A stretch of 61,170 nucleotides of DNA, filler included. It is 5 parts of 5 records of this genome, joined end to end, with 100 filler letters (N's around TTAATTAATTAA, not from the genome) between each part and the next. Parts side by side here need not be neighbours in the genome. Positions count along the whole stretch, not along the records: positions 25,753 to 37,649 come from SRR16203515_4781; positions 37,750 to 44,262 come from SRR16203515_4788; 3 more parts are not named here. The stretch is one strand, 5' to 3'. The position numbers were made by a program, and so were the translations under genes. This document shows, in pieces, positions 32,352-43,830 of the stretch (positions within the stretch are counted from its first letter, which is position 1; each line of letters begins with the position of its first letter). The notes beneath the pieces were generated by a model. The model did no database searches, was not told where the DNA came from, and saw nothing but the letters and a program-made list of their open reading frames with translations.

Positions 32352-35300
32352 ATGACTTCGTCGCCGAAATTTGTCCATTTGAACGTTCATACCGAATATT
32401 CATTAAGTGAGGGAATTGCGCGGATAAAAGAACTTGCAACTGAAGCCCATTCGGCCGGGATGCCGGCAGTCGCAATGACTGACATTAATAATCTTTACGC
32501 GGCGGTAAAGTTTTATCGGTCGTGCTTGAACGCTGGAGTGAAACCTTTATTCGGAGTCGAGTTGACACTCGGCGCTGTAACGCCCGTGGATCCGGGCGGA
32601 AAAATTATTCTGCTTTGTATGAACAATCGCGGATTTAAAGGAGTTAGTGAGTTACTGACGCAACTTTATACACAACCCAGAGAGGGTCGGGAATTGGTTG
32701 CCGGTTTGAATCAAATTGAATCAGTGGCTGATGATGTGATTGCCCTGACAGGATTCGACGGCGCTATTGGTGGTCTAATTCGATCGGGTCACGTCTCGGA
32801 AAGCATGCAGGCCGCAGAAAAACTGGTTCAGGTATTTGAAGATCGAATATTTTTTGAACTTACCCGAACAGGTAGACCAGGTGAAACCGTATTTGAAGAC
32901 GAGGCTTTGGTGATTTCGCGAAAGCTCAATATTCCGTTAGTCGCTACGAACGCGGTTCGTTTCCTTAAGACAGATGATTTTGAGGCCCATGAAATTCGAA
33001 CTTGCATTCACCAAGGTCGAATTCTTGATGATCCGCGGCGGCCCCGGCACTTCACCGCCGAGCAATATCTTCGCAGCGGCGAAGAGATGTCCATACTTTT
33101 CGATGATTTACCAAGCGCGATCATTAACACGGCCGAAATTGCAAAAAAGTGTAATGTTTTTCTAGATTTTCAAACGACGCACATGCCGAGATATCCCTTA
33201 GCGGATAATGTCAGCGCTGATGATGAACTAATTCGGCTGTCAAATGAGGGGCTTGATCGATACCGGGCGCTTTGGCCCGCGAGAGTTGACGACAGATACG
33301 CTCAGCGCCTGCAGATAGAAACTGACACGATAAATCGAATGGGGTTCGCAGGCTATTTTTTGATCGTGGCTGATTTCGTCCGTTGGGCAACAGAGAATGA
33401 TGTGCCGGTTGGACCGGGCAGGGGCTCGGGCGCCGGATCGCTAGTCGCTTTTGCGCTCGGGATTACTCGCCTTGATCCGATTGATCACGGGCTACTGTTT
33501 GAGCGCTTTTTGAATCCCGATCGCGTTTCATTGCCGGATTTTGATATTGACTTCTGCATGGTTGGCCGAGATCGGGTCATCGATTATGTTAGTCAGAAAT
33601 ATGGCGCAGACAAGGTAGCGCAGATTATTACCTACAACACATTGGCCGCCCGAGCGGTCGTGAGAGATGTTGGACGTGTGATGGGCATGCCCTACGGGTT
33701 CTGCGATACGCTCGCTAAACTGGTTCCGTTTGAAGTGGGGATGACGCTCGAAAAAGCGCTTGCACAAGATGATGAGTTACGGCGGCGTTTCAAAAACGAA
33801 GCGGAGGTCACCCAACTCATTGAGAACGGTCTAAGACTTGAAGGTATGCCGCGCAATGCAGGCAAGCATGCGGGCGGTCTTGTTATCGCGCCAGAGCCAA
33901 TTTCAGAGTTTTCACCGCTCTATTGGGAGCATGGCATGAGCCAGGCGGTTACCCAATTCGATAAAGATGATCTTGAATCCATCGGGCTTGTGAAGTTCGA
34001 TTTTCTAGGGTTGCGAACCCTAACCGTGATCGATTGGGCGTTGAAACTGATCAATCATGATCGTGTCGAGGCAGGGGAAACCGAGCTTGATCTTGAGCGA
34101 TTAGAGCCTAATGACCCTGACGTGTATAAGTTGATTTGCACGGGTCGGACGACCGCGTTATTCCAGTTGGAATCCAGAGGCATGCAGGAGTTAATTCAAC
34201 GATTGCGCCCGGATCGATTTGACGAGTTAGTGGCTTTGGTTGCGCTGTTTCGCCCGGGGCCGCTCCAGTCGGGGATGGTGGACGATTTTATTGACCGGAA
34301 GCATGGCCGGCAACCCGTGTCTTATCTTCACGACACATTAAAAACCGTTTTAGAGCCGACCTATGGCGTTATTCTTTATCAAGAACAGGTCATGGAAATC
34401 GCGCGGTCCCTCGCAGGTTTTTCGTTGGGATCAGCAGATTTACTGCGCCGTGCGATGGGGAAAAAGAAGCCTGAGGAGATGGAGCGGCAACGGCAAATAT
34501 TCATTGATGGCGCGACAGATCGAGGGGTTAAGGCTGAACAGGCTATCCACATTTTTGACCTAATCGAAAAGTTTGCAGGATATGGATTTAATAAATCTCA
34601 TTCAGCGGCCTACGCATTATTGAGTTATCAGACCGCATGGCTAAAGCAGCACTACCCCGCCCAGTTTATGTCAGCTGCGTTATCAGCCGACATGGAACAT
34701 ACCGATAAAGTCGTCATATTGATTAACGAAGCCAAATCGTTGGGGCTCTCTATTCAGCCCCCAGATATAAACCAGGGATCTTTAAAATTTGCTGTAGATT
34801 CAGATGGCAGCATTATTTACGGGCTCGGCGCAATCAAGGGGGTAGGCGAAAAGGCGCTCGAGAATATCCTCGATGAAAGAAGTTTAAATGGAGTCTTTAC
34901 CGATTTGATGTCTTTTTGCCGACGAGTTGACTCGCAAAAAGTTAACAAGAAAACATTTGAGGCGCTCATTTGTGCCGGCGCACTCGACAGTTTTGGTTCT
35001 GCCCGATCCCAGTTGTTTGGCCAACTTCCTCAGGCAATGGAGGCTGCGGGTCAGCACATTGCAAACCTCTCTTCAGGGCAAAATGACATGTTTGGACTTC
35101 CCTTAACCGAAGAGATTGTTTCACTTAAGTCCGGCTTTCAAACCTGGACTGCCCGGAAGGCGCTGGAAATGGAGCGGCATAGCCTGGGATTTTATTTAAC
35201 CGGCCATCCAATCGCGCATCACCAGTCTGAGATTTCGCAGCTGGTCTCGGAGTCGATTGGGAAAACTCGACCAACACCAGAGCGCGTGGTTACGCTTAGC

Positions 35301-35846
35301 GGATTGGTTCAGGGTTTGCGGACATTTCAGAATCGTCGTGGTGAGACCATGGCGTTTTTTCAATTGGATGATGGATCAGGCTTTGCAGACGTGAGCGTCT
35401 TTCCGGACATTTACGGACAATTTAGGTCAGCGCTTTCCAGTAACGGAATCGTGTTGACGAGGGGGCTCACCGGGCTTGACGATCGATCGGGCCTCTTATC
35501 GCTGAAAATAGAAGGGATCTGGACGTTAAAAGAGGCTCGGGAACGGGCGCTGACGAGTTTATCCGTTTCGCTTCCGCAGGGAGTCGCAGGCGCGAAAATT
35601 ATTCAGGATTTGCAAGGCATGCTTCGCCCGTACGTGCCTGGGCCAACGAATATCAATATTGAATATCTAAATCAGGAAGGGGACAGCCTTTCAATGTCGT
35701 TAGGAGATCAGTGGCGTGTTCAGCCTGACGAGGATCTAATTGAATCACTTCTTACTTTTGCGGGAGAGTCTGGGGTAAAGTTTCTGTATCGTTCAAGTCT
35801 TCTGACCGCCCCAACCCTGTCGAAGATGGATAATCTGGCGGCGTAG
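32352..35846 (+). CDS. dnaE: DNA polymerase III alpha subunit
   Basis: PHP domain, GPGRGSGAGSL, PDFDIDF, KFDFLGL, GFNKSH; no intein seen. Confidence 0.98.
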   Translation: MTSSPKFVHLNVHTEYSLSEGIARIKELATEAHSAGMPAVAMTDINNLYAAVKFYRSCLNAGVKPLFGVELTLGAVTPVDPGGKIILLCMNNRGFKGVSELLTQLYTQPREGRELVAGLNQIESVADDVIALTGFDGAIGGLIRSGHVSESMQAAEKLVQVFEDRIFFELTRTGRPGETVFEDEALVISRKLNIPLVATNAVRFLKTDDFEAHEIRTCIHQGRILDDPRRPRHFTAEQYLRSGEEMSILFDDLPSAIINTAEIAKKCNVFLDFQTTHMPRYPLADNVSADDELIRLSNEGLDRYRALWPARVDDRYAQRLQIETDTINRMGFAGYFLIVADFVRWATENDVPVGPGRGSGAGSLVAFALGITRLDPIDHGLLFERFLNPDRVSLPDFDIDFCMVGRDRVIDYVSQKYGADKVAQIITYNTLAARAVVRDVGRVMGMPYGFCDTLAKLVPFEVGMTLEKALAQDDELRRRFKNEAEVTQLIENGLRLEGMPRNAGKHAGGLVIAPEPISEFSPLYWEHGMSQAVTQFDKDDLESIGLVKFDFLGLRTLTVIDWALKLINHDRVEAGETELDLERLEPNDPDVYKLICTGRTTALFQLESRGMQELIQRLRPDRFDELVALVALFRPGPLQSGMVDDFIDRKHGRQPVSYLHDTLKTVLEPTYGVILYQEQVMEIARSLAGFSLGSADLLRRAMGKKKPEEMERQRQIFIDGATDRGVKAEQAIHIFDLIEKFAGYGFNKSHSAAYALLSYQTAWLKQHYPAQFMSAALSADMEHTDKVVILINEAKSLGLSIQPPDINQGSLKFAVDSDGSIIYGLGAIKGVGEKALENILDERSLNGVFTDLMSFCRRVDSQKVNKKTFEALICAGALDSFGSARSQLFGQLPQAMEAAGQHIANLSSGQNDMFGLPLTEEIVSLKSGFQTWTARKALEMERHSLGFYLTGHPIAHHQSEISQLVSESIGKTRPTPERVVTLSGLVQGLRTFQNRRGETMAFFQLDDGSGFADVSVFPDIYGQFRSALSSNGIVLTRGLTGLDDRSGLLSLKIEGIWTLKEARERALTSLSVSLPQGVAGAKIIQDLQGMLRPYVPGPTNINIEYLNQEGDSLSMSLGDQWRVQPDEDLIESLLTFAGESGVKFLYRSSLLTAPTLSKMDNLAA

Positions 35847-35888
35847 TGTTCAGCGCACTTTCCATAGTTACTGAAGGTAAAGTTAATC

Positions 35889-36845
35889 ATGAATAATTCT
35901 CTGGATTTCGAACAGCCGATCGTTGACCTTGAGGCTAAAATTGAAGAATTGAGGCGGGTGGATTCGGATGGCGAGTTGGATTTGCAACGAGAAATTTCTC
36001 GACTTCAGACCAAGAGTCAAAAACTCACTCGAGACGTATTTTCTTCGTTAACCCCATGGCAGGTGACTCAACTCGCGCGCCACCCACAGCGCCCCCACAC
36101 GCTTGATTACATTCCTCACTTGTTTACCCATTTTCAAGAATTATCGGGAGATCGGATGTATGCCGATGATCAGGCTATCGTGGGCGGGTTAGCGCGACTC
36201 GATGGTGTTGGCGTTGTCCTAATCGGTCATCAGAAAGGAAGAGACACCAAAAATAAAGTCAAACGAAATTTTGGAATGCCAAGTCCCGAAGGATATCGAA
36301 AGGCCCAGAGACTAATGAATCTTGCGGATCGATTTAAACTGCCGGTGATAACGCTGATTGATACCCCAGGGGCTTATCCTGGTATCGGGGCGGAGGAGCG
36401 GGGTCAAAGTGAGGCGATTGCGAGAACGATTGCGGTAATGGCGGGTCTTAAGGTGCCGATTATTTCCGCGGTAATTGGGGAAGGGGGGTCCGGAGGTGCA
36501 TTGGCAATAGGAGTGTGTGACCGTTTGATTATGCTCGAATTCTCGACCTACTCGGTAATTAGCCCTGAAGGTTGTGCGTCAATTTTATGGAAAAGCCCCG
36601 ACAAGGCGGAATCCGCAGCAGCAGCGATGAAAATTACATCGGATAGTCTTTTTCAAAATAAACTGGTCGATGAAGTTATTAAAGAGCCTCTCGGCGGCGC
36701 TCATCGGGATCTCGATCAGGCTGCATACAGCTTAAAGGAGAGTCTCGGTCGTCATTTGGAGGATCTGAGTCTACTTTCCCCAGAGACGTTATTGAGTCAA
36801 CGAGAAACCAAGTTGAGGTCGTTCGGGCGATTCAAGGGCGCCTGA
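35889..36845 (+). CDS. accA: Acetyl-CoA carboxylase carboxyltransferase alpha
   Basis: [32 protein letters not shown]. Confidence 0.98.
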   Translation: MNNSLDFEQPIVDLEAKIEELRRVDSDGELDLQREISRLQTKSQKLTRDVFSSLTPWQVTQLARHPQRPHTLDYIPHLFTHFQELSGDRMYADDQAIVGGLARLDGVGVVLIGHQKGRDTKNKVKRNFGMPSPEGYRKAQRLMNLADRFKLPVITLIDTPGAYPGIGAEERGQSEAIARTIAVMAGLKVPIISAVIGEGGSGGALAIGVCDRLIMLEFSTYSVISPEGCASILWKSPDKAESAAAAMKITSDSLFQNKLVDEVIKEPLGGAHRDLDQAAYSLKESLGRHLEDLSLLSPETLLSQRETKLRSFGRFKGA

Positions 36846-36858
36846 AGTTAAAAACGTT

Positions 36859-37649
36859 TTGCCCCAAAATGTTATCGAAGAAAGAGTTTGGTCATCAGTT
36901 CATCATTATGGCGGGTCGGAAATCAATGTGGCATTTAGTGGCGGGGTTGATTCGAGCGTCCTTCTGGACGTCTGCGCCAAGCTTCAGGGACGGTTTTCGT
37001 GCCCGGTCCGTGCGCTTCATGTGAATCATGGTTGGTCGTCGGATTCGGACAGATGGGAACTGTCTTGTCGACATCAAGCAGAAGTGCTTAAGATTAAGTT
37101 CAAGAGTATTCGACTCGTTGCGCAGATCCGGTCCAAACCTTCTGAGTCGATTGCTCGTGAAAATCGGTATCGATGGTTTTCCGAAGTGTCCAGACCAAAC
37201 GCGATTCTATTGACGGCCCATCATGCTAATGATCAGTTAGAGACTTTTTTGTTTCGATTGTTCAGGGGCGCATCAGTCTTGGGTCTTGGGGGGATGCGTG
37301 AGATTCAATTATTGTACGGGATGAGGGTTATTCGACCGATGTTGAGTGTCACCCGCGACGAAATCTACGCTTATGCTGAAAATCATAATGTGAATTATCT
37401 GCAAGATTCATCAAATGACAATAATGCATACGACCGAAATTACATCAGGAATCAGGTTATTCCCAGTATCGAAAAAAGGTGGCCGCAGACCCAATCGGTT
37501 GTTTTGCGAACGAGTCAGGGATTTCGTGAAATTCAAAACATTTTGGACGAGACAGCAAGTCAAGATCTTGAATATTGCGGACATGTCGACGATTCCTGCC
37601 GACTTAAAATAGACGGATCGGTTGGCAAGGCGCGTTTTCTATGTCTCAG
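36859..37649 (+). CDS. tilS: tRNA(Ile)-lysidine synthetase (3' truncated)
   Basis: SGGVDS PP-loop, HVNHG, TAHHANDQLET, DSSN...RNYIR. Confidence 0.94.
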
Positions 37650-37749
37650 NNNNNNNNNNNNNNNNNNNNNNNNNNNNNNNNNNNNNNNNNNNNTTAATTA
37701 ATTAANNNNNNNNNNNNNNNNNNNNNNNNNNNNNNNNNNNNNNNNNNNN
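37650..37749. other. Artificial contig spacer
   Basis: N44-TTAATTAATTAA-N44. Confidence 0.99.
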
Positions 37750-38344
37750 TGGTGGTGGCGTCGTCGGCACACAGGCAGCCAAGGTGGCAGCAGGCATGGG
37801 TGCGGACGTGACCGTTTTGGATCGTTCAGTTAATCGTTTGCGTTATTTGGACGATGTGTTTGGCGGAACCTTCAAAAACGCATATGCAACCAAGGCGATC
37901 ACAGCCGAGCTCGCCACGCAGGCGGATTTGATCATTGGTGCTGTTTTGGTACCCGGTGCGGCAGCGCCAAAATTGATCACACGCGCACAGCTATCTGATT
38001 TGAAACCAGGTGCGGCCTTGGTGGATGTTGCGATTGACCAAGGTGGGTGTTTTGAAACATCGCGCGCGACAACACACCAAGATCCAATTTACGAGGTAGA
38101 CGGCGTCATGCACTACTGTGTGGCGAACATGCCAGGTGCCGTTGCGCGCACATCTACACAGGCACTGGGCAACGCGACGTTGCCATTCGTCATCGCATTG
38201 GCCGACAAAGGTTGGCGTCAGGCATGTGCAGATGATGCGCATCTGCTCAATGGTCTGAACGTGCATGCAGGCCAACTGACATATGCCGCCGTGGGTGAGG
38301 CATTGGGGATCGCATCAATCGATCCACAATCTGTCCTTAGCTAA
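37750..38344 (+). CDS. ald: Alanine dehydrogenase (5' truncated)
   Basis: GGGVVG, GAVLVPGAAAPKL, DVAIDQGGCFETS, YCVANMPGAV. Confidence 0.96.
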
Positions 38345-38375
38345 AAAAAGACCCCCTCGGTTACGGCCGAGGGGG
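38343..38375. terminator. Intrinsic terminator between convergent ald and mscL
   Basis: CCCCCTCGG-N6-CCGAGGGGG hairpin with an adjacent A-run (U-tract on the minus strand). Confidence 0.75.
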
Positions 38376-38402
38376 CAAGTTCTCGCTCAACTGAATCTTA
38401 TT

Positions 38403-38834
38403 TTATTTCTTGAGTGAGACCCGAATTTCCAAAAGCACCTCTAATTCTGTCGGCCCTTTGGGTTCTTCTGGCGCTGGCGCTGCTTCCTCTTCTTTAGCGG
38501 CGGCTTCCTTTACCTTATTCACTTAACGTACCAACATAAACACAACAAAGGCGATGATCAGGAAATTGATCACAGCCATAATAAAGGCGCCATATGCAAA
38601 AACGGCCGCGCCTGCATCCCGCGACTCGGTCAGTGAGGCATAGGTTCCCTCACCGCTTAGAACGAAGAACATGTTGGTGAAATCCACACCACCCATGAAC
38701 AGTCCAATAAAGGGGTTAATCAAATCCCCCACCATTGATTTCACAATCGCTGTAAAAGCCGCACCAATAATAATCCCAACGGCCATATCCATGACATTGC
38801 CTTAGGCTATGAAATCCTTGAATTCTTGTAGCAT
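38403..38834 (-). pseudogene. mscL: Large-conductance mechanosensitive channel MscL with two in-frame TAA codons
   Basis: [26 protein letters not shown]...FMLVR*VNKVK...LLEIRVSLKK; stops at 38802-38804 and 38523-38525. Confidence 0.85.
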
Positions 38835-39014
38835 TTGTTTGTCCCTACCTGTGCCCTGAGTTTTCCTCAGGGCTGCATCCACACCCGAGCTTTAGCGATA
38901 GATGACACAAACAGCATGGGAATTTTTCAAATTACATGTCACAATTGAGTGAATGACAAAAAAACTACGCGAAAAACACGACGCTTTTCAACCATTTGGC
39001 GAAAGTGCGAAAAT

Positions 39015-41414
39015 TTAACCGCGCAGGGTACCACCCGTTGCTTTCACAACCTTTTCAACAATCTTGGCACAGGTGGCTTCGATGTCTTTTTCGGTCAAGG
39101 TGGCATCCGTCGGTTGCAGGCGTACTGTAATCGCAAGTGATTTTTTACCCTCGCCCACTGATCCGCCGATGAATTCATCGAACACATGCACGTTTTCGAT
39201 CAATGCCTTATCCGCGCCCGCCGCTGCGTTTACTAGAGTCAGTGCCTCGACATTGGCATCAACGACAAAGGCAAAATCACGTTCAACCGCCTGCAAATCA
39301 TTCAGATGCAGCGCAGGGCGCGTGGCCGATGCATTGCGGGGCATTGGGATTTCTGCAGGCCAAATGGTAAAGGCGACAGTGGGTCCTTTGACATCCATTT
39401 CAGCCAATGTTTTCGGATGCACTTCACCAAAAACTGCCAGCATTTTCTTGGGCCCAAGGCATATACGGCCATGACGACCCGGATGCCACCAATTTGCCCC
39501 GTCGCGCAAAATTTGAACCTTGGCTGGTGCACCCAGTGCGGCCAATACTGCCTCAACATCTGCCTTGGCATCAAACAAATCTACACTGCGACTGGACCCA
39601 TGGACATCCTTCGGACCTGTGCGCCCAACCAAAAGCCCCGCAACCTGCAGGTTTTGTTCCTCTGGTTCGCCACCATGGAATGCGGGGCCAACCTCGAACA
39701 GGGCCATATCGGAAAATCCACGCGCCTGGTTGCGCTGTGCTGCCTGCAATAGGCCCGCCAGAAGATCGGGGCGCATATGGCTCATATCGCTGGAAATTGG
39801 GTTTTCCAGCATCGTTGCATCCTCTCCTCCGCCAAAGAGTTCGGCAGATTTGCGATCAATAAAGCTATAGGTCACACATTCGTTATACCCAAGCGACGCC
39901 ATCGTGCGGCGCGCAATTTGTTCGCGTTTCTGCATAGGCGTCAGGATCGCCTTGGGCACACCTGTTGTGGTGCGCGGCAATGGTTTCCCCTGCAGCTTGG
40001 TCAGCGATGCGACACGCGCAACCTCTTCTACCAAATCCGCCTCGCCCAACACATCGGGACGCCAGCTTGGAACATGGGCCATATCCCCATCCAATTCGAA
40101 ACCCAGTGCGATTAGTGTCTTGCGCTGCTCTTCAGCAGGAATTTCCATACCGACCAAGGATTGCACACGATCTGTATCCAAGCGATAGGCACGTGAATGA
40201 TCAGGTATCGCACCAGCGATCACCACATCCGATGCCTCGCCACCGCACAAATCCAAAACCATTTGCGTTGCATGATCCAAACCAGTTGGGGTCCATGCAG
40301 GATCAATTCCACGCTCAAAACGGTAGCGTGCATCTGAATGGATTTTTAATGCACGGCCCGTGTATGCCGTCCGCACGGGATCAAAAAACGCAGCCTCGAT
40401 AAACACATTTATTGTCTCATCGGTACATCCTGAATGTTCACCACCCATAATACCAGCCAGGCTTTCGACACCATTTTCATCCGAAATCGCGGTCATCCCT
40501 TCGATCAACGTATATTCTTTTTCATCCAGTGCCTTGAACGTTTCGCCCCCTGCCGCGCGGTGCACGCGCAAGGCATTTCCAGCAACCTTATCTGCGTCAA
40601 AGACGTGCAACGGACGATTGCGATCATAGGTAAAGAAGTTGGTGATATCGACCAATGTGGAAATCGGACGCAGACCAATCGCCTTTAGGCAGTCTTGTAA
40701 CCATGCGGGGCTGGGGCCGTTTTTGACGCCGCGCACCACACGCCCGTAAAAGACGGGCGCCTGTTCCAAAGTATCCTCATCAATCGACACGCTGATCGGG
40801 CATGGGAATGTCCCCTTGATCGGGTTAGTATCCCGCACTTTTAACGTGCCCAAGCCACGGGCCGCCAGATCCCGCGCGATCCCGCGGACACCCAAAGCAT
40901 CGGGGCGGTTTGGCGTGATCGCGATTTCGATGACTGTATCCACCTTGGCAGGATCGTTTTCGGCCAACCAATCGACAAAGCGATCGCCCACCTCACCCGA
41001 TGGCAATTCAATGATGCCATCATGTTCGTCCGAAAGCTCCATCTCGCGCTCGGAACACATCATGCCATAGCTTTCGATGCCGCGGATTTTGCCAACACCA
41101 ATGGTCGTATCAATACCGGGCACATAGACACCAGGTTTTGCAACAACAACTGTGATGCCTTCACGTGCATTTGGCGCACCACAAATGATCTGTGTTTTGC
41201 CCGCGTCGGTTTCCACCTGACAGACGCGCAGTTTATCCGCGTCCGGGTGTTTTTCTGCATGCAGAACTTTGCCGATGGTAAACTCTGCCAATCGCTCGGC
41301 AGGGTTTTCAACGCCTTCCACCTCAAGCCCCAAATCTGTCAAAGCATACAGAATATCATCAAGGGATGCGTTCGTTTCCAGATGGTCTTTCAGCCAAGAG
41401 AGTGTGAATTTCAT
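39015..41414 (-). CDS. pheT: Phenylalanine--tRNA ligase beta subunit
   Basis: MKFTLSWLK, HPDADKL, ITPNRPD, RFERG, DLVEEVAR. Confidence 0.98.
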   Translation of the reverse strand: MKFTLSWLKDHLETNASLDDILYALTDLGLEVEGVENPAERLAEFTIGKVLHAEKHPDADKLRVCQVETDAGKTQIICGAPNAREGITVVVAKPGVYVPGIDTTIGVGKIRGIESYGMMCSEREMELSDEHDGIIELPSGEVGDRFVDWLAENDPAKVDTVIEIAITPNRPDALGVRGIARDLAARGLGTLKVRDTNPIKGTFPCPISVSIDEDTLEQAPVFYGRVVRGVKNGPSPAWLQDCLKAIGLRPISTLVDITNFFTYDRNRPLHVFDADKVAGNALRVHRAAGGETFKALDEKEYTLIEGMTAISDENGVESLAGIMGGEHSGCTDETINVFIEAAFFDPVRTAYTGRALKIHSDARYRFERGIDPAWTPTGLDHATQMVLDLCGGEASDVVIAGAIPDHSRAYRLDTDRVQSLVGMEIPAEEQRKTLIALGFELDGDMAHVPSWRPDVLGEADLVEEVARVASLTKLQGKPLPRTTTGVPKAILTPMQKREQIARRTMASLGYNECVTYSFIDRKSAELFGGGEDATMLENPISSDMSHMRPDLLAGLLQAAQRNQARGFSDMALFEVGPAFHGGEPEEQNLQVAGLLVGRTGPKDVHGSSRSVDLFDAKADVEAVLAALGAPAKVQILRDGANWWHPGRHGRICLGPKKMLAVFGEVHPKTLAEMDVKGPTVAFTIWPAEIPMPRNASATRPALHLNDLQAVERDFAFVVDANVEALTLVNAAAGADKALIENVHVFDEFIGGSVGEGKKSLAITVRLQPTDATLTEKDIEATCAKIVEKVVKATGGTLRG

Positions 41415-41426
41415 CGTCTTATTCCA

Positions 41427-42224
41427 TCATTGTTGCCGCGTGCGATCCGCGTGCTGTTTTACATGTGCCAACCAATTGGCAAGTTCGATTGTGCGGTGGG
41501 ATACCGTCAACGCATCTGGTGATGTCCCCAACCGCGCAGCGGCCTGCGCATCAGTTTCCGCATCATTTAAATCCGCAATTAGGGCCGATTTACCCGCGAA
41601 AATGCTATCCCCATCTTCTAGGTAATAGGCCACATGCGTTGTGCGCAATTCAGGATGATATTGCGCACCCCAGAACGATACGCTCCCCTGATCATAAGAA
41701 AACGCTTGATTTTCGGAATGATCGTTTTCCGCCAATTTAACCGCCCCGGTCGGCAGGCGCGAAACCTCATCCCGATGTATGCATGGAACAGCGAAAACAG
41801 CGGTCCGTGATTTGAACTGCGGATGGGTTTGGCCCGCGGGCGTCAGGCGCGTTTCCCGCGCAACGCCAACCTCTAATCCGTTGGGCGACGCGGCCACCTG
41901 CCCACCCAAAACCACAGCTGCCAATTGCATACCATTGCAACTGCCCCAACTGGGCAACCCCGCGTCAAAGGCCAATTCCATGGCGGCACGCTGACACGCC
42001 GCCTCGGGCACATCGGTGGACCAAGAAACGCCAGACCCTGTAAAGACCACACCGTCAACACCCGCGAATTCATCCGCGTTCAACGCACCTGCATAGGGAT
42101 TGACCACACGCACATCCGCATCGGGCGCAAGGTGTTGAAAGGCCTGTTCAAACCCCTCAGCACCACGGCGTCCCCGTGCAACCATGTCAGGTGTATTGGC
42201 TTCTATGATCAAGAGTGAAGTCAA
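41427..42224 (-). CDS. Type 1 glutamine amidotransferase-like protein
   Basis: FTGSG, nucleophile elbow GSCNGMQL, QYHPE (Cys-His-Glu triad). Confidence 0.85.
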   Translation of the reverse strand: MTSLLIIEANTPDMVARGRRGAEGFEQAFQHLAPDADVRVVNPYAGALNADEFAGVDGVVFTGSGVSWSTDVPEAACQRAAMELAFDAGLPSWGSCNGMQLAAVVLGGQVAASPNGLEVGVARETRLTPAGQTHPQFKSRTAVFAVPCIHRDEVSRLPTGAVKLAENDHSENQAFSYDQGSVSFWGAQYHPELRTTHVAYYLEDGDSIFAGKSALIADLNDAETDAQAAARLGTSPDALTVSHRTIELANWLAHVKQHADRTRQQ

Positions 42225-42230
42225 AATGAG

Positions 42231-43304
42231 TTACCAACTAAGACCCGCGTGAATTGATGGCATATCAAGCGCGCTGAATCCATAGTGGCGCAACCAACGC
42301 AGATCACTGTCAAAGAAGGCGCGCAAATCTGGGATACCATATTTCAACATGGCGATACGGTCGATCCCCATGCCAAAGGCAAAGCCCTGCCATTCATTTG
42401 GATCAATTCCACCTGCCTGCAGCACCTTGGGATGAACCATACCAGAGCCAAGGATTTCCAGCCAATCATCGCCTTCGCCCACTTTCAACTGGCCACCCGC
42501 CCATGAACAACGAATGTCCACCTCGGCCGAAGGTTCGGTGAAGGGGAAGTGTGATGCACGAAAACGCAGTTCCACATCGTCCACCTCGAAATAGGCTTTG
42601 ACAAATTCTTCCAAAACCCATTTCAGGTTCGCCATTGAGATATCTTTATCAATCGCAAGGCCCTCGACCTGATGAAACATGGGAGTGTGAGTTTGGTCAT
42701 AATCCGCGCGATACACACCGCCGGGGCAAATGACGCGCACAGGCGCACCTGTTTTTTCCATCGTGCGGATTTGCACGGGGCTGGTGTGCGTGCGAAGCAC
42801 ATGCGGCGGGCGATCATCGCCCTCGGCACGGTGCATATAGAATGTGTCCATTTCCGCCCGCGCAGGGTGGTGGCCCGGAATATTCAGCGCATCAAAGTTA
42901 TACCAATCGGTATCAATACGCGGACCCTCGGCCACACCAAAACCCATGTCGGCGAAAATTGCGGTGACCTCCTCGGTTACTTGGGAAATCGGATGAATTG
43001 TGCCCTTTCCGCGTCCGCGGGATGGGAGGGTCACATCCAACCATTCGCTTTGCAAACGTTCATTTAGTGCCGCATCGGCAAGGGCCGCCTTTTTCGCGGC
43101 AAGGGCGCTGTTGATTTCATCCTTTAGGGCATTCAACGCGGGCCCTGCAACCTGACGTTCCTCTGGGGTCATTTTACCCAATTCACGCATTTTTAGGCTG
43201 ACCTCGCCCTTTTTGCCAACGGCGGCAAGGCGGGTTTCCTCAAGTGCTGCTTCGTTGGCTGCGTTCGAAATGGCGTCTAGGTATTTTTGGCGCAAATCGT
43301 CCAT
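42231..43304 (-). CDS. pheS: Phenylalanine--tRNA ligase alpha subunit
   Basis: [31 protein letters not shown]. Confidence 0.98.
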   Translation of the reverse strand: MDDLRQKYLDAISNAANEAALEETRLAAVGKKGEVSLKMRELGKMTPEERQVAGPALNALKDEINSALAAKKAALADAALNERLQSEWLDVTLPSRGRGKGTIHPISQVTEEVTAIFADMGFGVAEGPRIDTDWYNFDALNIPGHHPARAEMDTFYMHRAEGDDRPPHVLRTHTSPVQIRTMEKTGAPVRVICPGGVYRADYDQTHTPMFHQVEGLAIDKDISMANLKWVLEEFVKAYFEVDDVELRFRASHFPFTEPSAEVDIRCSWAGGQLKVGEGDDWLEILGSGMVHPKVLQAGGIDPNEWQGFAFGMGIDRIAMLKYGIPDLRAFFDSDLRWLRHYGFSALDMPSIHAGLSW

Positions 43305-43394
43305 CGATATCCCCTATTTTGGATGCCCGACCCTGCTATCATATTCACAGATCAGTGCAAGGTATTTGCCCAGCGCATCAGGCACACGCGTTAG

Positions 43395-43427
43395 AAAAAG
43401 AAAAGGCCGCGCATCTGCGCGGCCTTT
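43395..43427 (-). terminator. Intrinsic terminator after rplT
   Basis: AAAGGCCGCGC-ATCT-GCGCGGCCTTT hairpin followed on the minus strand by a U-rich tract. Confidence 0.85.
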
Positions 43428-43450
43428 GGAATGTCTGTTATCGCCTTGGC

Positions 43451-43816
43451 TTATGCCGCGAGTGCTGCCTTGGCTTGATCCACGATCGCGCCAAATGCCT
43501 CAGGCTCGTGTACGGCAAGGTCTGCCAATACTTTGCGGTCAACTTCGATACCCGCAAGCGATAGACCGTTGATGAAACGGCTGTATGTCAATGCCTCATC
43601 ATGCGCGCGCACGGCTGCATTGATACGCTGAATCCATAGGCTGCGGAAATTACGCTTGCGATTATGACGGTCGCGTGTTGCGTATTGGTTCGCTTTGTCT
43701 ACGGCTTGTGCAGCAACTTTGAATGTGCTCTTGCGGCGGCCATAGTAACCTTTGGCTTGGTCAAGAATTTTTTTGTGACGACGATGGGTAACTGGACCTG
43801 TTTTTACGCGTGACAT
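43451..43816 (-). CDS. rplT: 50S ribosomal protein L20
   Basis: [37 protein letters not shown]. Confidence 0.98.
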   Translation of the reverse strand: MSRVKTGPVTHRRHKKILDQAKGYYGRRKSTFKVAAQAVDKANQYATRDRHNRKRNFRSLWIQRINAAVRAHDEALTYSRFINGLSLAGIEVDRKVLADLAVHEPEAFGAIVDQAKAALAA

Positions 43817-43830
43817 GTCTTATTCCTTCC

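Noticed and set aside
32352-35846. Intein or split dnaE
   Set aside because: Normal length (1164 aa) with continuous motifs
38523-38804. Stop-codon reassignment as the cause of the mscL internal TAAs
   Set aside because: The two stops replace different expected residues, and ald, pheS, pheT and rplT on the same contig end in TAA
38853-38873. GCCCTGAG/CTCAGGGC hairpin in the mscL leader as a riboswitch
   Set aside because: A single short stem with no recognisable aptamer features
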